64,000 nt of DNA from Candidatus Thalassarchaeum sp. (GTDB lineage Archaea > Thermoplasmatota > Poseidoniia > Poseidoniales > Thalassarchaeaceae). Location of the stretch: contig JADHRW010000002.1 in NCBI GenBank assembly GCA_016777225.1, forward strand, positions 193,284 to 257,283. The letters are read 5' to 3'. Each line of letters begins with the position of its first letter. Position 1 is the stretch's first letter. Both the position numbers and the translations under genes were made by a program. The notes below the pieces were generated by a model. It made no database searches and was not told the DNA's origin. It saw only the letters and a list, made by a program, of their open reading frames with translations. Of the stretch, positions 1-9,249 are shown piece after piece.

Positions 1-2
1 AG

Positions 3-161
3 AAAAAAGAAATTGCAAAGAAGATAGGGAGAAGTATCAAGGACATTAGATCTGACATACAAGATGATGGTAGGTTGAATTACAGCGCAGGAGAAGATGT
101 AAAACAGATGCAAGACGTATTGGAGCATGCTGTAGAAGAACTTCTAGAAGACAACTCTTGA
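3..161 (+). CDS. partial CDS (C-terminal 52 aa) of unknown protein; weak TatA/E-like resemblance
   Basis: Frame 3 is open from the window edge to TGA at 159-161. Translation is KKEIAKKIGRSIKDIRSDIQDDGRLNYSAGEDVKQMQDVLEHAVEELLEDNS. The KK.I....GRSI.. segment loosely resembles the hinge and amphipathic helix of TatA; the N-terminus lies outside the window. Confidence 0.3.
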   Translation, partial: KKEIAKKIGRSIKDIRSDIQDDGRLNYSAGEDVKQMQDVLEHAVEELLEDNS

Positions 162-202
162 GGTGTAGGGTTCATGAGAGAGATACTACCGCGACAGCCC
201 AA

Positions 203-276
203 GGGCGATTGGTGTAGTCTGGATATCATATCGGCCTTCTAAGCCGATGACATGGGTTCGAATCCTGTATCGCCCA
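203..276 (+). tRNA. tRNA-Arg (anticodon UCU)
   Basis: A 74-nt cloverleaf folded by hand. The acceptor stem GGGCGAT/ATCGCCC is 7 perfect bp. The anticodon stem is TCGGC/GCCGA with loop CTTCTAA, giving anticodon TCT. The T arm contains GGTTCGAATCC. The D loop contains GG. CCA follows in the genome (277-279). Confidence 0.8.
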
Positions 277-361
277 CCACTCGAAGACAAGATATTAGTG
301 GACGAAGGTCTGTTCTTACTCTACAAATCGCTCATATAGGGGCAGTAGGTCGGCGGGCTGA

Positions 362-469
362 ATGAAGCGAGGTTCACGTGCATGGAAGAAGCAAGGAAAC
401 CAACGCTGGAAATGGCGTAAGAAGAAACTTCGTCGCCGAAAAGCATCTAGAAAGAGAGCTAAACAGTGA
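362..469 (+). CDS. 35-aa extremely basic micro-protein, ribosomal protein eL41-like
   Basis: ATG at 362 to TGA at 467-469 gives MKRGSRAWKKQGNQRWKWRKKKLRRRKASRKRAKQ. The KWRKKxxRRxKxxRKR core resembles eL41 ([25 protein letters not shown]). AGGT lies 10 nt upstream. The ORF is below the 60-aa cutoff of the ORF track. Confidence 0.45.
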   Translation: MKRGSRAWKKQGNQRWKWRKKKLRRRKASRKRAKQ

Positions 470-532
470 TTACATCATTATTTCTCAATGAAAATTTTCT
501 TTCAATCATTAGTAATTTATTAGTTTTCTAAT

Positions 533-1195
533 CTATAATTCAGAAACTAAATCATTTAGTGCAGCAACCGCATCTTTTACTTTAGTTACACCACTGGCTA
601 ATAAAACGCCAGATGTACCTAGTTCTATAGCTTTCAGAACATCCTGACCATTTTTTACGCCTGCTCCACAAAGAATACCGACATCTTCACTAATCTCTCG
701 AATAGCACGCGCAGTCCCACTAACGATTTCTGGATCAGCTGTTGTCACAGATATTTCGCCGCCAATTAATTCAGGAGGTTCAACAGCTACATAATCAGGT
801 TGAAGTGCTGATAATGCTCTTGCTTCATCGATATCAGCAGCACATGCGCAAATAGTGAATCCTTCGGGGACGTTATCTAGTAACATTGCGATGTGCTCAA
901 TTGATACTTTATGTTCTGCATGATTAATTAGAGTACCTTTAGCACCCCGTTGTATAGCAGTTTCGGGATGTAACCAACCAGTATTGGAACCAAAATTAAT
1001 AGGATCAAGATGTTGAGTCCAAATCTCAAGATTTGGAGCTGCAGAAACAACAGCAGATAAGTCAAACGCAGACACTACAGCAATCATCCTTGCGTCTGTT
1101 TCTATCTGTTCCATAATTAGTGCTAATTCTTCTGCCGCTATACCATGAGCAGACTCGTATGTTTTGAAATTTACAACTACTAAGTGATCACTCAT
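533..1195 (-). CDS. tpiA: triosephosphate isomerase, archaeal type
   Basis: The N-terminus VVNFKTYES is typical of archaeal TIM, and the length of about 220 aa fits. I prefer the ATG at 1195 (MSDHLVVVNFKTY) because GGAG lies 5 nt upstream. The longest ORF extends to 1213. Confidence 0.85.
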   Translation of the reverse strand: MSDHLVVVNFKTYESAHGIAAEELALIMEQIETDARMIAVVSAFDLSAVVSAAPNLEIWTQHLDPINFGSNTGWLHPETAIQRGAKGTLINHAEHKVSIEHIAMLLDNVPEGFTICACAADIDEARALSALQPDYVAVEPPELIGGEISVTTADPEIVSGTARAIREISEDVGILCGAGVKNGQDVLKAIELGTSGVLLASGVTKVKDAVAALNDLVSEL

Positions 1196-1237
1196 GAATC
1201 TCCGAGACATCAAACTGATATGACAATAACGGATGAA

Positions 1238-2197
1238 TTAGATAATTTCATGATGTCCTATAACCTTGTCAGATATATTCGAATCGTTATTAATTATACA
1301 AGACTCTCCAATAAGGCACCTAAATAATTTACAACCATTTCCAATTTTAGCCCCTGACAAAATTACACAATCAACAATTTCACAACCGTCACCAATTGTC
1401 ACATCACTTGAAACAGATGAACCAGATATTATAGAACCAGATATTATATCATCATAAAACCAACTATCATTTGAAATTGAACCAACATTATATCTTTTAT
1501 TAGAAATACAAACTTGAGTTGCGTCTATGAATGAGGAAGGAGTTCCTGCATCAACGAAGTAGCCTTTGAATTCAAGCCCTGACATTTTTCCAGCATCTGC
1601 AATCAATGGGAAAACTTCTCTCTCCATACTATGTTTCTCTGAAGAAAGAGACTCAAGCACATCTCTTTCAATAAGATAGCAACCTGCATTTATTAGATTA
1701 GAAAATTCAGTACCTGGTTCAGGCTTTTCTTGAAATCGAGTAATCATTCCTGATTCATCAAGACCGCATACCCCAAATCGGCTCGGGTCATCGACATGCC
1801 AAAGCGAAAGTGTGATAGATGCCTTCTTTTCTTGATGATAATTCAATAATTGATTAACATCAACACTGGAAACTAAATCACCATTAAGAATCAAAACTGG
1901 ACCATTTCCAGTAAGATGTTCAAGAGATTTAGCTATGGCACCTCCCGTGCCTAATGGATTGTCTTCAACTGAAATAATTATATCATAAGGGAGATCACTA
2001 GAACTGAAGAACTTCTCCATTTCAGTTATACTATAACCTGCAGCAATTACAACCCTATCAATTAATTCATTGGGTACACATTCAACAACTCTCTCGAGTA
2101 GCGTTTTATCCAAAACAGGAAGTAAAGGTTTAGCCCTACCTTCTGTCCAAGGCCTTAATCGGGTTCCAAAACCACCGGCAAGAACTACTACATCCAT
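1238..2197 (-). CDS. sugar-1-phosphate nucleotidyltransferase (NTP-transferase domain plus C-terminal left-handed beta-helix repeats)
   Basis: The N-terminal LAGGFGTRLRPWTEGRAKPLLPV signature matches G1P/Man1P nucleotidyltransferases. The C-terminus has hexapeptide-like repeats (GDGCEIVDCVILSGAKIGNGCKL). Confidence 0.8.
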   Translation of the reverse strand: MDVVVLAGGFGTRLRPWTEGRAKPLLPVLDKTLLERVVECVPNELIDRVVIAAGYSITEMEKFFSSSDLPYDIIISVEDNPLGTGGAIAKSLEHLTGNGPVLILNGDLVSSVDVNQLLNYHQEKKASITLSLWHVDDPSRFGVCGLDESGMITRFQEKPEPGTEFSNLINAGCYLIERDVLESLSSEKHSMEREVFPLIADAGKMSGLEFKGYFVDAGTPSSFIDATQVCISNKRYNVGSISNDSWFYDDIISGSIISGSSVSSDVTIGDGCEIVDCVILSGAKIGNGCKLFRCLIGESCIINNDSNISDKVIGHHEII

Positions 2198-2301
2198 ATA
2201 CTTCCGGATATGGCAATTGATTTCAGCACTTCGTGTCTGAGATTTGAAGTTGTATCAGCGCATCGTTCAAAGAGCGAGTTATGTTCCGAGGCGTGATAGA
2301 T

Positions 2302-3510
2302 ATGAATATTCACGAGTATCAAGGTAAAATATTGTTTAAACAGGCTGGAGTTAAAGTCCAGAATGGAATACACTGTAAAACAGTAATTGATGCATTATCT
2401 GCATATGATAATTTAGGTTCAAAAGTAGTTGCAGTAAAGTCACAAATACATGCAGGAGGGCGTGGAAAGGGTAATCTTTATGATCCTAAAACAGGCGATC
2501 TAGTTATGGAAGGAGGTGTGAAAATCGCATTCTCAAGAGAAGAGGTCAAGAAATATGCAAGTAACATAATAGGTAGAAAACTAGTTACAAAACAAACAGG
2601 CCCTGAGGGGAAAATAGTCAACAACCTATACGTCGAGTCTGGTTGTGCAATTGCACATGAGTATTACCTCGCACTTCTTGTAGATAGGGAAGCAAAATCA
2701 ATTCTTATTATGGCTTCAACTGAGGGAGGAGTAGATATTGAAGAAGTTGCTGAAAATACACCTGAAGCAATTCATAAAATTTGGACACATCCCACAGATG
2801 GATTGGATGTAAAAGACGCAGAAGAAATGGCAGATAAGTTAGGGCTAACTGGCGATTCAAAAAATGATTTAGTATCAATGCTTTTATCATTATCAAATAT
2901 GTTTGTAGAGAAAGACTGTTCGATGATAGAAATCAATCCACTTGTTCGCTCCGAATCTGGAGAGATGATAGCATTAGATGCTAAAGTTAGTTTTGATGAT
3001 AATGCATCATATAGGCACCCTTGGATGGACGAAATGAGAGACCACTCTGAAGAAGAAGAAGTTGAAATTAGAGCACATGAGCACGGATTATCTTATGTGA
3101 AATTAGATGGGAATATTGGCTGCTTAGTAAATGGTGCTGGACTGGCAATGGCATCAATGGATGTAATCAAACTATACGGAGGTGAGCCTGCTAATTTCCT
3201 AGATATAGGAGGTGGCGCAACCAGAGAATCAATTACTACAGCATTCGGTATAATTCTTGAAGATGAAAATGTAGAGGGAATCTTAGTAAATATATTTGGA
3301 GGAATAATTCAGTGTGACATGGTCGCAAGAAGTGTGATAGAAGCATCTAATGAACTGGGCCTAAAAGTACCTCTAGTCGTAAGATTCTCAGGGACGAATC
3401 ATGTCGAAGGAAAATTAGTATTAGACAACTGTGATCTTGACGTACATACATCTAGTACTTTATCAGAAGGAGCCGCTAAGATTGTTCAATTAACAAGAGG
3501 TGATAAATGA
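2302..3510 (+). CDS. sucC: succinyl-CoA synthetase beta subunit
   Basis: The MNIHEYQGK start is the canonical SucC N-terminus. An ATP-grasp region is followed by [18 protein letters not shown] and [10 protein letters not shown]. The longest ORF starts at 2281. Confidence 0.9.
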   Translation: MNIHEYQGKILFKQAGVKVQNGIHCKTVIDALSAYDNLGSKVVAVKSQIHAGGRGKGNLYDPKTGDLVMEGGVKIAFSREEVKKYASNIIGRKLVTKQTGPEGKIVNNLYVESGCAIAHEYYLALLVDREAKSILIMASTEGGVDIEEVAENTPEAIHKIWTHPTDGLDVKDAEEMADKLGLTGDSKNDLVSMLLSLSNMFVEKDCSMIEINPLVRSESGEMIALDAKVSFDDNASYRHPWMDEMRDHSEEEEVEIRAHEHGLSYVKLDGNIGCLVNGAGLAMASMDVIKLYGGEPANFLDIGGGATRESITTAFGIILEDENVEGILVNIFGGIIQCDMVARSVIEASNELGLKVPLVVRFSGTNHVEGKLVLDNCDLDVHTSSTLSEGAAKIVQLTRGDK

Positions 3511-4430
3511 TGTCAATTTGGATTCATGAAGAAAGTAAAGTTTTGATTCAAGGAATTACTGGAAAGCAGGGAACATTTCATGGCACTATGATGGATGAGT
3601 ATCGAACTAATGTAGTTGGAGGAGTTACTCCAGGAAAAGGTGGACAAATTGTAGAATTACCAAATAAAAATGTTCCAGTCTTTAATTCTGTTTCAGAAGG
3701 TCTTGAGGAAACTGATGCAGACGTAAGTGTGATATATGTCCCAGCTAGATTCGCAGCAGCAGCAATAATTGAAGCCGCTGACGCTTTTGAAGAGAAAGGA
3801 GGAGGAATTATCGTTTGTATTACAGAAGGGATACCAATCTTGGATATGATAAGAGCAGTTGCAAGAGTAGATGGATACCCAAATGTCAGATTAATAGGGC
3901 CTAATTGCCCAGGAATAATAACTCCTGGGGATGAAGGAGGATGTAAAGTAGGAATAATGCCGGGTTTCATTCATGCTAAAGGAAGGATTGGTATTGTTTC
4001 AAAATCTGGAACCTTGACTTACGAGGCAGTCGCACAGACTATGAGTGTTAATGAAGGTCAATCAACATGTGTAGGAATTGGTGGAGACCCAGTCAATGGA
4101 ACAGGATTTATTGATTGTTTAGCAGCTTTTGAAGCAGACCCACAAACGGAAGCGATAGTAATGATTGGAGAGATTGGTGGTTCGGCTGAAGAAGAAGCGG
4201 CGGAATGGGCAGCGAATAATATGAGCAAACCAATTGTAGGTTTCGTAGCCGGATCTACTGCACCTCCAGGTAAAAGAATGGGGCATGCAGGGGCAATTAT
4301 TTCAGGAGGTAAAGGTACTGCTGAAGAAAAGTTCGTAGCTTTTGAAAAGGCAGGCATTTACGTTGCGAGAGACCCATCAGAGATTGGAAATGTATTAGTT
4401 AAAGCTCTAAAAGATGCTGGTTTAAGATAA
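3507..4430 (+). CDS. sucD: succinyl-CoA synthetase alpha subunit
   Basis: Motifs [31 protein letters not shown] and the phosphohistidine loop MGHAGAII are present. The start overlaps the sucC stop by 4 nt (ATGA). Confidence 0.92.
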   Translation: MMSIWIHEESKVLIQGITGKQGTFHGTMMDEYRTNVVGGVTPGKGGQIVELPNKNVPVFNSVSEGLEETDADVSVIYVPARFAAAAIIEAADAFEEKGGGIIVCITEGIPILDMIRAVARVDGYPNVRLIGPNCPGIITPGDEGGCKVGIMPGFIHAKGRIGIVSKSGTLTYEAVAQTMSVNEGQSTCVGIGGDPVNGTGFIDCLAAFEADPQTEAIVMIGEIGGSAEEEAAEWAANNMSKPIVGFVAGSTAPPGKRMGHAGAIISGGKGTAEEKFVAFEKAGIYVARDPSEIGNVLVKALKDAGLR

Positions 4431-4452
4431 AGTAATAATGCGAGAGTCTTAG

Positions 4453-5499
4453 ATGTCGAACATTCTCTCAAAGTCCATGGAAGAAGACACCCTAAGCATT
4501 AGCGTGTCAGAAAATAGGATAGATACTCTACTTGAAGGTACTTCGAGGTCATTTTATTTAAGTCTAAAAGTACTACCTAAAAATATACGAAGACATATTG
4601 GTTTAACATACCTATTAGCACGTTTAGCTGATACTATCGCTGACTCAAAAGTAGGAGAAAACAAAATTCTCCTACAATCTCTAAAAGAATACAATGCCAG
4701 AATTCAAGACTCAAATAAGGAATTACCTGATTTTACAAAACTAGCATCAATTCAAGAAAATAAATCTGAATCCGAGTTATTATCTGATGCGATAATACCT
4801 GTGAATTATTTAGAAAAGACTGATAAATTCACAGATTCAGATAGGCAGAAAATTAGAAGATGCCTTGATATCATTATTAGTGGACAATCATTAGACCTAG
4901 AAAGATTCACTGACGCATCTGGGAATCAAATAATCTCACTAGATAATGAAGAGGAATTAGATGATTATACGTATAGGGTTGCTGGGAGTGTAGGTGAACT
5001 TTGGACACATATGTCATTAGACCATTTATTTGAAATGGATTCAGAAATGCAAGAAATTCTATTCATTAAGGCTCTAAATTTCGGTAAATCATTACAATTA
5101 ATAAATATCCTTAGAGATTTACCAGAAGATCTGCTGATGGGAAGGTGTTATGTGCCAAAAGAAACTCTTGAAAAATATGATTTGACACCGGAGGACTTGA
5201 AAGATTCGAAAAATATGGAAGCATTCAAGCCTCTTTTTGATATATACTTAGATAGAGCAATTTCATATCTAAATAATGCAATAGAATATATAGAAATGTT
5301 ACCTAAAAATCAATACCGGCTTCGACTTTCATGTATGTTACCAGTTCTTATCGGACAAAGAACTTTAATTCTCCTTAGGAAAGAGAATATTCTAGATTCT
5401 AAAAATAGAATAAAGGTTATGAGACCGGAAATAAGAAAAATTATGTGGCAGTCTATTGCTCTATGTTTACTGAGAAGAAATCCTAAAAAGATGATGTGA
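4453..5499 (+). CDS. squalene/phytoene synthase family protein (SRSF-type, squalene-synthase-like)
   Basis: SRSFYLSLKVLP...YLLARLADTIAD supplies the first Asp-rich motif. INILRDLPEDLLMGRCYVP supplies the second conserved motif of trans-isoprenyl diphosphate head-to-head synthases. Confidence 0.75.
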   Translation: MSNILSKSMEEDTLSISVSENRIDTLLEGTSRSFYLSLKVLPKNIRRHIGLTYLLARLADTIADSKVGENKILLQSLKEYNARIQDSNKELPDFTKLASIQENKSESELLSDAIIPVNYLEKTDKFTDSDRQKIRRCLDIIISGQSLDLERFTDASGNQIISLDNEEELDDYTYRVAGSVGELWTHMSLDHLFEMDSEMQEILFIKALNFGKSLQLINILRDLPEDLLMGRCYVPKETLEKYDLTPEDLKDSKNMEAFKPLFDIYLDRAISYLNNAIEYIEMLPKNQYRLRLSCMLPVLIGQRTLILLRKENILDSKNRIKVMRPEIRKIMWQSIALCLLRRNPKKMM

Positions 5500-5573
5500 A
5501 TTATTGAATTTTCTAATACTCAATCGAGCGTGAGGTTCAAGAACAAATCAATTGGGCTCGATACGAGAGTAGT

Positions 5574-6824
5574 ATGTCGGGGAGACAGATTAGCGGTTCT
5601 GAGACTGGGGTCGAATTTGACCTAGGTAAGAGTATCACGCTTGTCGATGCGGATTCTGATTCTGCACCTATTGAGAAAATACGTACTGCTGTGAATGTCA
5701 CAAAAGAAGCTGTTCACGCTATTAGTATCACAGCACTAGAGACACTAAGAGAAGGTGCAGTTTTCATGGGAGTTATAGGTTCAAGAGGAGAATTATTGAA
5801 TCCATTTACTCATATAGATGCGGCAATATGGTCTGAAAATGCCCTACCTCAAGATGTGATTGACTCAGCTTACAATTATTGCGAAGAATTAACAAGAAGA
5901 GAAGCAGGTAATTTTTATCACTCCTTCAAATATCTGCCAGAAGAAGAACGTAGGTCGATAATGGCTTATTACGCATTTTGTAGAAGAGCAGATGATATTG
6001 CGGATGGCGACTATGTTGATTATTTCCCAGGAGGATCGGAGGATAATCAAGAATCAATAGACTACAGGACAAAAATTGAGAGATTAATAGATGGAAGGCC
6101 TGTATTGGAAAGAACATCCTACAATGATAAAATGTCACAATTATTTTATTACAGAAAGAAATTATCAACCGCTTATGGGAATTTTACGTCTACAGATCCT
6201 ATATTTATTGCTTTGAAAGATACTGTGAATAAATATGGAATATCAAGGCAGCTTCTTGATGATATGATTAGTGGAATGGAAGAAGATTTCCATCGAAACA
6301 GATACGAAACTTTTGAAGATCTTTACTCATACTGCTATAAGGTTGCATCTACTGTTGGGCTTGTTTGTATCGAAATATATGGATATGATGACAAAAGTGC
6401 TAGAGAGTATGCAGAATCCTGGGGGATATATATGCAACTAACAAATATACTTAGAGATGTAGCAGAAGATATTGAACGAGATAGAATATATTTACCCATA
6501 GAAGATTTAAACAGATATGGAATTTCTGAAGATGATTTGAGAAGTGGGAAAGATATTTTGAATCATCCAGGATGGAAACCATTTGTTTCAGAATTTATTG
6601 CCCGAGCAGATAAATATCGAGAAAGAGGTTTGAAATTATTCCCATTATTAGATAAATCAAGCAGATATTCACCTGCAGCAATGACTACATTTTACCATTC
6701 TATAATGAAGAAGATAGAGAAGAATGATGGAGATGTTTTCTCTGAGAGAACCCAGTTATCTAAAACAGAAAAAATTGGATTAGCGGCATATATCTATGTC
6801 AGATACCGCTTTTTCGCCCTCTGA
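5574..6824 (+). CDS. phytoene/presqualene-diphosphate synthase-like protein (CrtB/HpnD-like) with a roughly 100-aa N-terminal extension
   Basis: AGNFYHSFKYLPEEERRSIMAYYAFCRRADDIADG and TNILRDVAEDIERDRIYLP are classic SQS_PSY motifs. About 100 residues precede the domain. Confidence 0.75.
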   Translation: MSGRQISGSETGVEFDLGKSITLVDADSDSAPIEKIRTAVNVTKEAVHAISITALETLREGAVFMGVIGSRGELLNPFTHIDAAIWSENALPQDVIDSAYNYCEELTRREAGNFYHSFKYLPEEERRSIMAYYAFCRRADDIADGDYVDYFPGGSEDNQESIDYRTKIERLIDGRPVLERTSYNDKMSQLFYYRKKLSTAYGNFTSTDPIFIALKDTVNKYGISRQLLDDMISGMEEDFHRNRYETFEDLYSYCYKVASTVGLVCIEIYGYDDKSAREYAESWGIYMQLTNILRDVAEDIERDRIYLPIEDLNRYGISEDDLRSGKDILNHPGWKPFVSEFIARADKYRERGLKLFPLLDKSSRYSPAAMTTFYHSIMKKIEKNDGDVFSERTQLSKTEKIGLAAYIYVRYRFFAL

Positions 6825-6889
6825 AGAAAAGAGGCTTTGAACAGCTAAATGATAGAAGATATATTGAATGTAATTAAGGAGGAAGAGGT

Positions 6890-8659
6890 GTGAGAGTCGC
6901 GGTACTAATACAGGATAGATGCAAGCCTAACAGCAATGCATTTAGATATCTGGAAAGATTTGCTGGTATGTGCGGAGGAGAATGTATACAGATTGAAGAT
7001 AATAAATGTAGAATTCTTGAAACCGCATGTCCTCCCTGCTTTTATCGCGCAAGACTTTGTCCAGGTAATGCAGTTATTGTAATAAATCTCCCAGAAGAAC
7101 TTGATACAGATATGACTCACTGTTATGGAGAAAATGGATTCAGATTATTTAGATTACCCGCACCAAGACAGCAGCAAGTTGTAGGTATTCTGGGACCGAA
7201 TGGTGTAGGTAAATCAACAGCAATAAATCTTCTATCAGGATCGATAAAGCCAAATCTTGGGGATTGGAAAAATGCACCGCCAGATTGGGATGAGATAATT
7301 TCAACATTCCCAAGAGGTGAATTACGAGATTATTTAGGACTAGTTGCTGAAGAAGGAGTAAGTATTGCAGTTAAACCTCAGAATATAGATAAATTACCTA
7401 AGTTATGGAGTGGTAAAGTTAGAGGATTACTGGCTCGTGTAGATGATAGAGATGAGTTTGAAGAATGCGCACAGTTAGTTGGTGTTGACCATCTGTTAGA
7501 TAGAGAATTGGCTGCCCTATCTGGAGGAGAATTGCAAAGAGTTGCTATCTGTGCTACGATACTCAAAGAGGCTGATGTCTACTTTTTTGATGAGCCTTCA
7601 TCATATCTTGACATATATGAAAGAATGAGAATGGTGAAAATTGTACAAGATTTAGCATCTAAAGGAAAGAGAGTTATTGTTGTTGAACATGACTTAGCGA
7701 TTCTTGATGTTCTTTGTGACCTGATACATATTGTTTATGGAGAAAGGGCAGCATATGGAATATTTACACCTGCAAGATCTACTAGAAGTGCGATAAATAT
7801 GTATTTAGATGGTTTCTTACCAGAAGAAAATGTAAGGATAAGAGATAAAAAAATAGAGTTCTTAAGAGGAAGAATAAGAGGAGAAGGTATTGGTTTACCT
7901 ATATTGAAATGGGGAGATATGGAAAAAACATTGGGAGATTTCAAACTAAAAACGGGAGAAGGCATGGTCAGAAGTGCTGAAGTTGTAGGTGTAGTTGGGC
8001 CTAATGCAACAGGAAAAACCACTATGGTGAAAATGATTGCAGGTGAAATGGAGCCTGATCAAGGATGGTGCACTATGGAAGCAAAAGTATCGTATAAGCC
8101 CCAACATGTTCAAACTGACTTTGAAGGCACCGTAGAAGAATGGCTTAATACAGAGCTTGGAAATAAATGGAGGACGGGAGAATTCCATACACAGGTAGTT
8201 AGACCTCTGCAAGTAGACCAACTAGTTGATTTGAAGGCGAAAAAATTATCCGGTGGTGAATTACAAGCAGTGAGCATCACTATCTGCCTTGGTAAAGAAG
8301 CAGATCTATATCTTCTCGACGAACCTAGTGCGCATCTTGATGCTAATGCCCGAATGGAAGCTGCAAAGGCAATCAGAAGAACTATGGAAAGTAATGAAAA
8401 AGCAGCTATGGTTATTGATCATGACATCTATTTCATTGACATTGTTAGTGATTCTTTGTTAGTCTTTGATGGAGAAGGAGGAAAACATGGCAAAGCAGTA
8501 GGGCCACTAATTCTTAGAAAAGGAATGAATAAATTTCTAGAGGATATCGATATGACATTTAGAAGAGATCATGAATCTTATAGGCCACGAATAAATAAGC
8601 CAAATAGTCGTAAAGATAGAGAGCAGAAAGTCGCTGGAGAATACTTCTACATTGAATAA
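6890..8659 (+). CDS. abcE1: ABCE1 / RNase L inhibitor-type ribosome recycling ATPase
   Basis: A Cys-rich N-terminal domain ends in INLP. Two ABC cassettes follow (GPNGVGKST, LSGGELQRV; GPNATGKTT, LSGGELQ). The GTG start is preceded by AGGAGG at 6877-6882. Confidence 0.92.
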   Translation: MRVAVLIQDRCKPNSNAFRYLERFAGMCGGECIQIEDNKCRILETACPPCFYRARLCPGNAVIVINLPEELDTDMTHCYGENGFRLFRLPAPRQQQVVGILGPNGVGKSTAINLLSGSIKPNLGDWKNAPPDWDEIISTFPRGELRDYLGLVAEEGVSIAVKPQNIDKLPKLWSGKVRGLLARVDDRDEFEECAQLVGVDHLLDRELAALSGGELQRVAICATILKEADVYFFDEPSSYLDIYERMRMVKIVQDLASKGKRVIVVEHDLAILDVLCDLIHIVYGERAAYGIFTPARSTRSAINMYLDGFLPEENVRIRDKKIEFLRGRIRGEGIGLPILKWGDMEKTLGDFKLKTGEGMVRSAEVVGVVGPNATGKTTMVKMIAGEMEPDQGWCTMEAKVSYKPQHVQTDFEGTVEEWLNTELGNKWRTGEFHTQVVRPLQVDQLVDLKAKKLSGGELQAVSITICLGKEADLYLLDEPSAHLDANARMEAAKAIRRTMESNEKAAMVIDHDIYFIDIVSDSLLVFDGEGGKHGKAVGPLILRKGMNKFLEDIDMTFRRDHESYRPRINKPNSRKDREQKVAGEYFYIE

Positions 8660-8702
8660 GTTAGACCATTGGATTCTTGAATGATGTTTGGAACCCAAGG
8701 CC

Positions 8703-9218
8703 ATGAATGACGAGGGCGATGAACCGGTAGAAGAAATACCAGAGGATATCTCTCTCGAAGAAGAAGTCATTGATCCTCTAAGAATTCTTGAAGAAAAAAT
8801 AGTTGAATTAGAAAAAGAAAAGCAGTATAATGCAGCAGAAATCATCAATATAAGACAGCGTTATGCTAGAGAAAGAAATACTCTACTGAAGTTTGCTGGG
8901 ATGAATTTGGCATTCAACATATTACCAGTTGTAGATAATCTAGAAAAAGCTCTATCTATAGAGAATAATGATTCAGAAAAATTTATTGAAGGCGTCAATA
9001 TGACCCTAAAAAGGCTGAAAAATACTCTCGAGAATGAGGGGGTAGTAAAGATAGAAGCTAAGGGTCAAAAATTTGACCCTTCATTTATGGAATCGATAGC
9101 AGCAATACCATCTCCAAATGGAGAGGACGCGGGAGTTGTTATCGAAGTAATTGAAGATGGATATATGTTTCATGACCGAATATTGAGACCAGTTAAAGTA
9201 ATAGTATCAGAAAACTAA
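8703..9218 (+). CDS. grpE: nucleotide exchange factor GrpE
   Basis: An acidic N-terminus is followed by the coiled-coil segment IINIRQRYARERNTLLKFAGMNLAFNILPVVDNLEKAL. The C-terminal beta domain is GYMFHDRILRPVKV. The ORF track uses TTG at 8688; the first ATG is at 8703. Confidence 0.85.
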   Translation: MNDEGDEPVEEIPEDISLEEEVIDPLRILEEKIVELEKEKQYNAAEIINIRQRYARERNTLLKFAGMNLAFNILPVVDNLEKALSIENNDSEKFIEGVNMTLKRLKNTLENEGVVKIEAKGQKFDPSFMESIAAIPSPNGEDAGVVIEVIEDGYMFHDRILRPVKVIVSEN

Positions 9219-9229
9219 GGTTATAACCT
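9218..9229 (+). promoter_or_regulatory. candidate TATA box (12-nt perfect palindrome AGGTTATAACCT) for the downstream lipoprotein gene
   Basis: The TTATAA core is centred 26-27 nt upstream of the ATG at 9250, which is the spacing expected for an archaeal leaderless transcript. The same TTATAA hexamer recurs upstream of tbp and hppA. Confidence 0.4.
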
Positions 9230-9249
9230 CTCTAATAATCAGCAAGTCA

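Noticed and set aside
3578-4357. Antisense ORFs of 130 and 99 aa inside sucD
   Set aside because: They lie entirely within, and opposite to, a gene with unmistakable SucD motifs. Their translations are low-complexity Pro/Ser/Ile-rich mirror products.
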